A stretch of DNA of 64,000 bases, from positions 303 to 64,302 of the forward strand of contig DAIRTX010000011.1 in assembly GCA_036803685.1 (NCBI GenBank), written 5' to 3'. The notes beneath the pieces are model-generated. The model saw only the letters and a program-made list of their open reading frames with translations. It did no database searches and was not told where the DNA came from. Of this stretch, positions 10,501 to 16,288 are shown piece after piece; position 1 is the stretch's first letter; every line of letters begins with the position of its first letter. Source of the DNA: Verrucomicrobiota bacterium. GTDB lineage: Bacteria; Verrucomicrobiota; Verrucomicrobiia; Limisphaerales; UBA11358. A program made the position numbers and the translations under genes.

Positions 10501-11096
10501 GATCCCTTCGAGCTTTTTGTATCCACCGCAAAGTAGTAAGTCGTCCCGGCCTTGGCGTTAAAACGAAGATGGCTGGGCCCGTAGTAAGGCTGTATGTAGC
10601 TAAATACCGGCGAGCCGCCGGGACCGACAACCCAAGCGTAATCGCCGCTGCCGGTTCTATTCATAGGGCCATCTTGACCCAATTCCTGTGGAATTGAGCT
10701 GTTGATGGGGAAAAGGTCGTCATTGGCCGCCACCTGATTGAGCGTGGTCAGATTGGTCCCCGTAAAAACCCCAAGCACGGTATCGAGCATCCCGTTGGTA
10801 CCCATGCTGCCGATGGTGTCGAGTTCCACTTCCCCGTCAACCGGGGCCGTCCACTGATACCAAAGGGGCGCATTGTTAGTGAAACCGGCGATTTGGGGGG
10901 CACTAGCCTCGGAACCGCCGCTGGTATTATCATTCGTAACGGAGCCCCAGTACCCGGACAGATTTGCAGCCGTGGCGAAGGTAAACTGTGCTCTGCCAAC
11001 ATCCGCCGCGAAACAGGCCAAAATCACCAGACCCAGCTTCATCAAGACGGCACGGCTCACGAGGTTTGGCAACCTCAAGCTTGTGAATTTTCGCAT
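1512..11096 (-). CDS. Giant secreted surface protein (~3194 aa): PPC-like N-domain, Calx-beta arrays, two beta-propeller repeat blocks, P-domain-like, DUF11-like, C-terminal FYR module
   Basis: ORF track gives 1512..11318. Start moved to ATG 11096 (MRKFTSLRLPNLVSRAVLMKLGLVILACFAADVGRA, signal-peptide-like), which removes the overlap with the upstream gene ending at 11117. Six tandem Calx-beta units at ~2960..4985. DGSLDxxF propeller-type repeats at ~4990..6130 and ~7916..9251. Proprotein-convertase P-domain-like segment at ~2125..2580. Confidence 0.85.
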   Translation of the reverse strand: MRKFTSLRLPNLVSRAVLMKLGLVILACFAADVGRAQFTFATAANLSGYWGSVTNDNTSGGSEASAPQIAGFTNNAPLWYQWTAPVDGEVELDTIGSMGTNGMLDTVLGVFTGTNLTTLNQVAANDDLFPINSSIPQELGQDGPMNRTGSGDYAWVVGPGGSPVFSYIQPYYGPSHLRFNAKAGTTYYFAVDTKSSKGSILLNWAYKSSGVFRFATEDVDYWTGLPLYQAAQTESAYLVHYVPVGNAVLFTYYNYNVPGVLVTVTRVAGSSGRCMVDYTTEDGTALPALPNNDVPAVAGVDYTPVSGTLLFDDYEMSKTILIPILYPGINGSGGYTNNTVFGVELSSPGLDLHEYESGAVAPPRVDPSFSLALVKILNVSADPYGPDLIPVVDTNTTPATTNYVIGMPTNPIVSFQKCNFRVPEDVNDPANSKGYTTPVTIYVARSPTATNTSAITMHYRVNNFVNSDADPSEEWNNWFPLQPGSDYAVPTPPNFATILATNSDFDMVPADTGQGGTITFPANGVDAIYQPITFTVTNSTLTKFNRDFKIQLYQMITVGGQTVPALAGMVAETTVTILFNDQHPPAGSVDELYNPDFGDSLALPPEIVFGLPSGNGMPGVSGLVNSLLVLPNNETLIAGDFPTYNGNSINSIALVDTNGVLDSSFDPGSGPDDGPINSVALTPDNKFVVGGNFSSFNGTPCGYVARVKADGSFDMGFNASADDYVRAVAVQPDGKVLIGGEFQNVNGVARDYLARLNADGTLDTTFDPGTTLNGPVYAIALPVFSLAINNTSSGGSNEVDQAVNFGLATAGTLTVNYDMLGQPDDMRVFYGDTNVAAGTGILIYDTGPVSFSNTFVLPFGPTNGLTTNLITIVMNQGGGQFGTLWSYSATVTFGGGGGIMVGGDFDVSGQSYADIARFTANGSLDTTFSPLSGADDLVYALGWQLDGKVVVGGAFTHFNGIAYNRLARLNPDGSLDTTSFFPGLGADDTVKNITLQLDGTMYVGGQFSSFNGTHRLGFTRLYANGTVDTTFLDTAYNQFAGLKKIYSDDTPAVYASGVQSDGNVIIGGTFYQVGGGQASPSVRNYLDNHLGIPEGFGDPNLWVEPKARDGVRNRQSIARLIGGSTPGPGNISLSPPYSANRSQPSKSVYFVRTNGVLGPVSANFSVQPGTAQSGADYLYDGPPPLFWIAWRFTTSTQTRLRSDGLFGGNGSLRDVFAPLSQTDSLISSNSFVTLSISKNPSMLGDLNAQFQLANPSGADEFYLGGQNIPLGAALGVSATPFALIDDSKNSGTFGFFSSLYVATNIITSIEVVRSNGVYGPVSMRAFATNGTAIVGIDYIGLTNKLVSISANNVSNFFTVTNILNGLSSTEFVEKTVFLHLNPPLSAPVDGNATIGISNAVLRLINPNFRGYLTLSANNYIGSESAGFITFVINRVAGCAGTLTVQYATTDGPSATNRLDYFGATNILNWNSGDASSRTVSIALTNTGVVGPIKQFRVYLFNPTQNGTYQPALFYVGTPPNNSITNATLTITNDNSYGVFQFSAPSYVVREDGGYVTITVLRTGGIAAPVSVRYYTSNGPKATNGINYVGTNNVLNFAANQTAASFNVTITNIGAPEGTNAFNFNVSLTNAVNAMLGSPSNAVVNILDAETYTWPPGSLDGSFTPVMNGDVLALALQPNGQILAGGNFTNVNGAPDSGIARLNADGSLDSAGFLNNGLYSGATGGAVQAVVCQTDGRVIIGGAFNNVDGTARNRIARLMTDGSLDTSFSPPGGASAPVYALAETFVNGAREIYVGGAFNTISGGASPNLARLNGGSTNSAGGSLDSSFATGSGPNGAVYAIAVYPANSPFAGKLLVGGAFTNINGFALGHVARLNGDGSVDTNFDLNLGANDTVRAIAIQSDGRILIGGDFTNVNGTALNRIARLNSDGSLDANFTTNVGVGANGSVQAIAVQADNRIVLVGQFTRANGVTRNRITRLLPNGAVDATINFGDGANGAIDALLIQPAYQMLVIGGGFTQYDDQPHAHIARIYGGSVIGSGLLQFTSAGYQVDEKGGQALVTIRRTGGTSGPNSDGSGNISVNFATTSGGSAVAGTNYTAVATTVNFPPGEVLETVAVPVMDDGVVTPDLTVNLAISNPTPPAGMGLQPTAVLTIINDDSAVSFSAANYSVSKNILTGFAPIDVIRLGTTNGTSSVDFVTTTDGSAVPGVDFYPTNTTITFNPGDTDKQIQVPIINNSLPEGYRTVTFTLNNAVNTALVSPSNATLTIIDTVYAPGQLSFSTTNYTAYESDGNAYLTVVRTNGTSGTVTVAYNTVAGTALPGLNYVTTSGTLSFNDGDASKTFAVPLVNNNIAQGPVSLSVVLSNPSSGAVLIAPTNATLTLLHTNIGVAFVNATNYVRETNGLVPIFVQRFGGASSSVQVNYATANGTAVAGVNYTAVSGSLTFNAGETLKAISLPLLYDPQVTGNLALTMSLSSPSAGVQLASPSNTVVVLQDADAGLSFLNPASSVYKNAGSAIITVVCSNPGVEPLSVHYSTTNGTAVAGVDYTATSGTLVFTGGVGTNTFSVPILTNSLVNGNHTFTVSLSNPTPPGQLVSPSNQVVTIIDSNSGLSFSSPTYTVLKTGVAATITVLRIENTNTVSSVNFATANGTAVAGLDYIATNGTCVFTNGETSQTFSVTVINNTVVQPDKTVLVQLSNPVNGILIAPYAATLTIHDTSGSSVVPAGSTLISESGPTNGIIDPGETVALLFAFRDAGGNDVTNLYATLLNINGVTNASTPQRYGYLIVGGPSASQSFSFKAVGTNGQQIVATFKLQDGTNNIGTNSFTYTLGTSINTFANTNLIIINDHASASPYPSTINVSGVGGLLIKATVTFANLTHSWPADIDALLESPSQQSALLMAHAGGGYAVNGVTLTFDDATNYPFLTNAAQIVSGTYRPTAFILSPAFSPPAPAAPYATNLSGLYAGNPNGAWSLFVIDDAAINAGAISNGWSLTLITSSPVGSAADSAISMTASPNPVGVSNNLTFVIAVTNYGPSASTGVTVTNPLPSGAQFVSATNSQGTVSTNGSLLAWNVGPLAANAGATLTLVLRPTAAGSVTNSAIVSSVTSDPNSDDNAASVTVTVGVSSPPQFGSLVISNGTFRLTITNPTNPPASIIIQASTNLFNWVNIFTSTPPFTFTDPSSTNYPSRFYRAVLGP

Positions 11097-11116
11097 AATC
11101 TTTTTTGCCACGCTGC

Positions 11117-14095
11117 TTACTGTTTTGTATCCACCCGAACCCGATAAAACCGCATAGGGTCGGCGACTGGATTGGTCATCATCACTGGCACCGGCGGCCA
11201 AGCCGACGAAGCCGGCGTGATGAAATTCGTAAGGGTCAGCCAGTTTGGCATCATTAAATTGGTCTTGTAAAAGACGTAGTTGGTGACGTAACCGGTCGCG
11301 AGCGTGGCCTTCTGCCACTTGAGCACCGCCGCCGGCACGGGCGTGTTGGCCAACGATATTGTGAAAATCAGATTGGTGGGGTTGATGGTGCCGAACGGCG
11401 TCAGGTCATAAAGATTGGGAATCCCGTCCCCGTCGGAATCAATATTTATGCTTTGGCGCAGCGCGGCATTGAAGGGATAAGTCGTGCCATCGGGATAAAC
11501 TATATTGGTAGAACTGAAATAACCCGCGTAAGCAGGCACCCAGCGCAGCCGGTTGCCGTTCAGATGGTTCAACTTCTCAGCCACGGACACGCCGTTGGCC
11601 ATTGCCTGGGCGTAATAAATCACCATGTTGGGACCAATGCCGAGTGCATTGACCAGGGTGCCATCGAAATTGGTGGCGGAATCGAGGAGTTCGAGTTCAT
11701 CCACATACAACGCGTTGCTGGTAGTGGCGCCGTCGAATCGGAACAAGCCTGCCCCCGGCGCGTCCAAAATGAGCCGGCCAACCGCTGCATTGTCCGTATA
11801 ACCGGTCGCCGTAGCACCAAAGTCGTGGCCGGCCCAAACATGGTCAACCTCGGCCTGACCCAAAGCCGTGTCATAAATCGTAGTGCCCAACAATTCTCCC
11901 GTCGCCGGCTTGATCCACAAATTGAACCCGTTTGAACAAGAGAAAGTGTTGCCAGCGCCAAAGCCACCATCGGACAAATTGGCAACCACCGTGAAATCCA
12001 GCGCGTCATTGGCGGAAAGTGTGGATTGACTGATTTGCAGGGTGTTGGCCTGGAACTGAATGTCAGCCCCGGACACAATTGTGGCACCCGTTAACCGGCC
12101 GGTCTGGGTGGTTAAACTGAAATTCCCATATTGCGTGAAGTCGGTTCCATTATTAATTTGGAAGTCAACGCTGTTGATCGTCTGGTCGCCGGCACTAATT
12201 GTCCCGTTATTGACGAACTCCAGGTAGTTCGTTGGTCCATCATCTCCAAAATGCGCGGAGTTGGGAATGGAGAGGAAACCATTATTGGTGAAATATCGCA
12301 GGGTGGGCGCATTGGCATAGGTCCAATTCTGCAGCACCCCGGAAAGGCTGACATTCCCTTGCAGGGTGGCGATCCGGCCATCGAGGAGAAATGAGTGGAC
12401 AATATTCATAGAATCGCTGACGAGGATGTTGGTGCTGTGCAAGATTAAATCCTGAACCAGCACCGGCACCCGCGAAGAAAGCTGGCCGGCATCCACCAGC
12501 AGGACATAAAGGTTGTATTGAACGACATTGGTCAACGGTGACTGGAAGGAACTTGTCCACCCGTTGGTGGTCGCGTAATTGTTGAGGGTTACCACCACCT
12601 CAGAATTGCTCCAAACACCACTCCAGGCGGAAACCGTCCCCTGCAACCGGTTAACATACGGGACCGCAAGATTGGTAATGTTCAAAAAGCCGTTGGTTGA
12701 GCCGAGGTTGTAACTGAGATTCTGACTATCCATGACCGCGTTGGTGCTGGAAATGAGATTGGTGGCCTGAATCACAATCTCGACTTCAGCGCGTATGCGT
12801 GTCTGGAAGAGATTCAGATTGCCCGCATAAATGCTAACTTTGCCCGGGCGATTTGTGAGTGAGCCAACGGACGTCGCAGCAATATTGTCCACCCGCGCGG
12901 AATAGCCGGCATACCTGGCGGTTACAACAACATTGGTAAAGTCGGCAAGGAATAAAAAGTCGGCGGCGGGAACCCCCACCCCGGCAAAACCGTTGGCAAA
13001 TGCGGGCGGTTCCGTCCGGGACAGGCTATAATTACCCGGTCGAAATGTTGCACCCGAACATTGGGCATAAGGGTTCAAGATGAGGCTGGTATCAAACCCT
13101 CCATTGGTGGTGGAGGCCAAAGTATCCACGAGGTAAATGTCACTCGTCTCCGGCAAAAGCGTGATCGTATTTGTGGAGATTGTCTCCAGGCGCACGGCAA
13201 CGGTTTGGAAAAGATTTGTAGGGTTTGAATTGGGCAGGAACCTGACCTGACCGGTAATGTTGGGGTCGTTAGTGTTAATGTTAATGAAAACAGCCTGTCG
13301 GAATATATTTGTGGTGAAAGTTATGGGCGCGTTGGGCAAACCACTTGAGTTGGTAGTGAACAACATCAAACCACCTCCCAAAGTCTCGACCGAATCAGAC
13401 ACGACGGGTTTATTTGTCGTGAATGTAACAAAAACATTTGACACCCCACAGGGCTCGCTTACCAGGAAGACTGGCGGGAAATTTGTTACCCCATCCCATA
13501 TCTTCGCGCTGTTTAAATCCATGTTGGTCTGCCCCCAATACAGGTCATAGATGGCCGTATCGGGCGTGAAATTTGTGCCACTATTGCCATTGTTAATCCC
13601 CACAATCGGCATAATCCCCACCGAGCTGCGATGAAGGTCCACGGATGTGCCGGTCAATTTGATCTCACCGTTGGCGCTGGCAAGGAGTGTTCCCTTGTTG
13701 ACGATGTTGGTGGCTGACACCCACAAATAATTTGTCCCGTTGACCAATGCGCTCGCGCTGTTATTGACGAAATTTGCCGACCAACTGCGCATTCCGGCAA
13801 ACGTAGGGCCCCAATCAAACTCCCAGCCGACCGATCCATTCATGGTTCCAATGTTGGTATAGTTGAGGGTATGCGCCGTTGTGAATCGCAGTGTGGTAAA
13901 AATGTTCCAGATCCCCGCGTTGTAAAAGTTGGTGGCGTCAACCTGGGGCGGAGTTCCTGTAACCGTGGCGGGGCTGGTATATAAGGCGTCTGTCGCTTGC
14001 ACCGCAACCGGGAATCCGGCCAGAACCAATAAAAGCAAAATTGATAATAATCCTTTATCAAGCTGCCTGGTTAATTTGGAAAAAATTGGTCTCAT
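11117..14095 (-). CDS. Large secreted protein (~992 aa), family not recognised, C-terminal FYR module
   Basis: ORF track gives 11117..14236. Start moved to ATG 14095 (MRPIFSKLTRQ...LLLLVLAGFPVAVQA signal peptide). N/T/S-rich beta-rich composition, DSDGDGIPNLYD calcium-binding-type motif, ends ...PMRFYRVRVDTKQ. Confidence 0.7.
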   Translation of the reverse strand: MRPIFSKLTRQLDKGLLSILLLLVLAGFPVAVQATDALYTSPATVTGTPPQVDATNFYNAGIWNIFTTLRFTTAHTLNYTNIGTMNGSVGWEFDWGPTFAGMRSWSANFVNNSASALVNGTNYLWVSATNIVNKGTLLASANGEIKLTGTSVDLHRSSVGIMPIVGINNGNSGTNFTPDTAIYDLYWGQTNMDLNSAKIWDGVTNFPPVFLVSEPCGVSNVFVTFTTNKPVVSDSVETLGGGLMLFTTNSSGLPNAPITFTTNIFRQAVFININTNDPNITGQVRFLPNSNPTNLFQTVAVRLETISTNTITLLPETSDIYLVDTLASTTNGGFDTSLILNPYAQCSGATFRPGNYSLSRTEPPAFANGFAGVGVPAADFLFLADFTNVVVTARYAGYSARVDNIAATSVGSLTNRPGKVSIYAGNLNLFQTRIRAEVEIVIQATNLISSTNAVMDSQNLSYNLGSTNGFLNITNLAVPYVNRLQGTVSAWSGVWSNSEVVVTLNNYATTNGWTSSFQSPLTNVVQYNLYVLLVDAGQLSSRVPVLVQDLILHSTNILVSDSMNIVHSFLLDGRIATLQGNVSLSGVLQNWTYANAPTLRYFTNNGFLSIPNSAHFGDDGPTNYLEFVNNGTISAGDQTINSVDFQINNGTDFTQYGNFSLTTQTGRLTGATIVSGADIQFQANTLQISQSTLSANDALDFTVVANLSDGGFGAGNTFSCSNGFNLWIKPATGELLGTTIYDTALGQAEVDHVWAGHDFGATATGYTDNAAVGRLILDAPGAGLFRFDGATTSNALYVDELELLDSATNFDGTLVNALGIGPNMVIYYAQAMANGVSVAEKLNHLNGNRLRWVPAYAGYFSSTNIVYPDGTTYPFNAALRQSINIDSDGDGIPNLYDLTPFGTINPTNLIFTISLANTPVPAAVLKWQKATLATGYVTNYVFYKTNLMMPNWLTLTNFITPASSAWPPVPVMMTNPVADPMRFYRVRVDTKQ

Positions 14096-14218
14096 TTTAC
14101 AGGCACTGATTAGTTGATGGTAATCGAAAAACTCCACCGCACATCCGGAAACGTCAACGACGGATAAGCCGCCCCGGTGGTGCCGTCCGGCAGACTGCTC
14201 AGCGTGGTCCCGGTGAGC

Positions 14219-14260
14219 GCATTGGTCAGGGTGCATTGGTCAGGGTGCATTAGTCAGGGT
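14219..14260. repeat. 3 x 14-bp tandem repeat (GCATTGGTCAGGGT, third copy GCATTAGTCAGGGT)
   Basis: Read directly from the sequence. Overlaps the stop codon (14254..14256) of the upstream gene. Confidence 0.95.
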
Positions 14261-16281
14261 GTGTGACCCAGAACCTGATTCTCCAGATTCTGAATGCTGG
14301 TGCCGTTGGGATATACAACCGGATCATTGGTCGTGCCATCGAACGATCCCCAGATGAAGTATCGGCCGTAATTAGGCCCGTTCAGAAAACTGGTGCCGAC
14401 ATTTATATATACGGGGCCAACTTTGTCGAAGGAAATTTTGGTGAAAGGGTTGATGGTGCCGGGACCTGCCAAACCCGGATAAGCGTTGGCCTGATTAAAA
14501 GTGATGTTGCGAGCGTAAATAGAAACCCCAGGGATGGCGGCAGGCCCGGCGGCTAAATCCGCCGCGGCGAAAGTAAAGTCCGGGGTGGTCACCACCCGCA
14601 GGAAGGTCTGACTCTGCGCCTTGCTGCCGGAGATAACGACCATCGTGTAGATGTTGGTGATGGGCTGGAAGAACTGGCCGAGGAGCGAATCAAAGGGGGC
14701 GCTGACAAACTGGATTTTCTCGATGCCCGGATGCAAACCCGGGCCGTTGGTCGCACCGCCCGTAACCGTGCTTGAGCAGATGGGCGACTGCACGACATAG
14801 ACATGGCTGGTGGAATAGGTCACAAGGCTTTGGGAAGTGAAAAAGCCCGCCGAGTTGCTGGCGGCGAAAAGAAAGTTGGTCGTCGCCGTCACATTGGTCG
14901 CCAGCGTGCTCAGAAAGTGCGGCGGGCCGCAGAGATAATTGGTGTTAATGTAATATTCCCCCGACGGCACATTGTTGAGGATGACGGTCTTGGTCGTGGT
15001 ATTGGTGCCCAGCGTGCCATACGGCGCGCCAATAACCGGTTCGCCCACCGTGACCGTCACCAGCGAGACACTGGTATTGGGGTGGAAGCCGTTGGGGATG
15101 ATGACGAGGTTGGCAAAAGTGTCCGAGTAAATTGCCGGGAATGAGTAGGTATAGCCATTGGTCTTGACCACCAGCGTCGGCGTGCCATACGGCGCGCCAA
15201 TCAGGTTGGTGTAATAGGCAACCACAATCGGCGTGGCAATGTTCGTGAAATAATATGAAGAATTAACAATGACCAGCCCCGGAAACAAATTGGACAGGGT
15301 GACCGGATTATTGGTTCGAGCGGACCACCAAAACGCATTATAGTTGGAAGTGTAAAGCAGGGATGGCGGGCCTAAGTTGGTCACGCCAATAGTGGTGGAG
15401 CCGGTCAAGATGCTGCCCAATGCCGGGGATTCAAAATTGATATTGTTCGAGCTTAAAAGATACCTCAATCCACCCGCATCATCACGGGTCAGATCCGTAT
15501 AAAAACCGCCATAGTGTCGATACAGGCCCATACCGGCCACGGCCGTAAAAATATCGTCCAAAGGTTGCTTGGGAATGGGAACTGTAACCGCCAGAGGGTC
15601 GGGGCCGGTGCAAATTTCGCTAATGACATAAGTGTAAAGCGTGTTATTAACGTAAGCCGAATATTGAATTACATTCAATGGAGTGGGTGTCGGATCAAAA
15701 TTTCTCATCACCACCAGGTAATCCATGACTGGACAAGTGGTGTTGGGGGGTGGCCAACGATCGTGCAGCGTCCAAATATAGCGCTCCGGATCCGCCAAAC
15801 CCAATTGTTCGCACATCGCTTGCATCGTCACGGATTTCAAATCCAACAACCCCAAAGCTTGTGCCTGGTAATTGATCGCCTGTGAGTTCAATGGAAATTC
15901 CGAAAGTGAAGGGGAGTAACCGTCCAAACCTTTGGTCATGCCGGTTGGGTTATTAGTAAAGACGTTGTTCAGGATGGCGAAGGCACCATCCACGGCCGCC
16001 ACGCCGTTCGACCCAAAATAATCGAGAAAAGTCGCATCGCAGGCGTAATACATCACCGGCGTGTTGCGGCGGTATTCCTCGCCCAGATTTTTAGGCGCCA
16101 CGAGGTCACCGCCCAGACCATAACCAATCACCGGCACCTGCCAGGCATCACCTTGACCAGTTAGACCTCCGGACGGATTAGGGTTATTTCCAATCGGTCC
16201 TCCGAGGGAATACGCCCACGCTGCCTGCTGGCCGGACGCCAGCAACGCAATCCACAGAAATTTTTTAATCATTTGCCGCAT
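14254..16281 (-). CDS. Secreted protein (~675 aa), family not recognised
   Basis: ORF track gives 14254..16353. Start moved to ATG 16281 (alternative 16272), giving MRQMIKKFLWIALLASGQQAAWA, a signal peptide. The upstream gene stops at 16289. Confidence 0.65.
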   Translation of the reverse strand: MRQMIKKFLWIALLASGQQAAWAYSLGGPIGNNPNPSGGLTGQGDAWQVPVIGYGLGGDLVAPKNLGEEYRRNTPVMYYACDATFLDYFGSNGVAAVDGAFAILNNVFTNNPTGMTKGLDGYSPSLSEFPLNSQAINYQAQALGLLDLKSVTMQAMCEQLGLADPERYIWTLHDRWPPPNTTCPVMDYLVVMRNFDPTPTPLNVIQYSAYVNNTLYTYVISEICTGPDPLAVTVPIPKQPLDDIFTAVAGMGLYRHYGGFYTDLTRDDAGGLRYLLSSNNINFESPALGSILTGSTTIGVTNLGPPSLLYTSNYNAFWWSARTNNPVTLSNLFPGLVIVNSSYYFTNIATPIVVAYYTNLIGAPYGTPTLVVKTNGYTYSFPAIYSDTFANLVIIPNGFHPNTSVSLVTVTVGEPVIGAPYGTLGTNTTTKTVILNNVPSGEYYINTNYLCGPPHFLSTLATNVTATTNFLFAASNSAGFFTSQSLVTYSTSHVYVVQSPICSSTVTGGATNGPGLHPGIEKIQFVSAPFDSLLGQFFQPITNIYTMVVISGSKAQSQTFLRVVTTPDFTFAAADLAAGPAAIPGVSIYARNITFNQANAYPGLAGPGTINPFTKISFDKVGPVYINVGTSFLNGPNYGRYFIWGSFDGTTNDPVVYPNGTSIQNLENQVLGHTP

Positions 16282-16288
16282 ACACATT

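Noticed and set aside
11097-11318. 5' extensions of the giant-block ORFs (also 14096..14236, 16282..16353, 18440..18574).
   Set aside because: The extensions overlap the preceding genes or the intergenic repeat, and they precede obvious signal peptides that begin at internal Met codons.
14219-14260. Possible CRISPR-like array. The repeats at 23455..23588 were also considered.
   Set aside because: The units are directly adjacent with no spacers and are only 12-15 bp long. There are no cas genes in the window.
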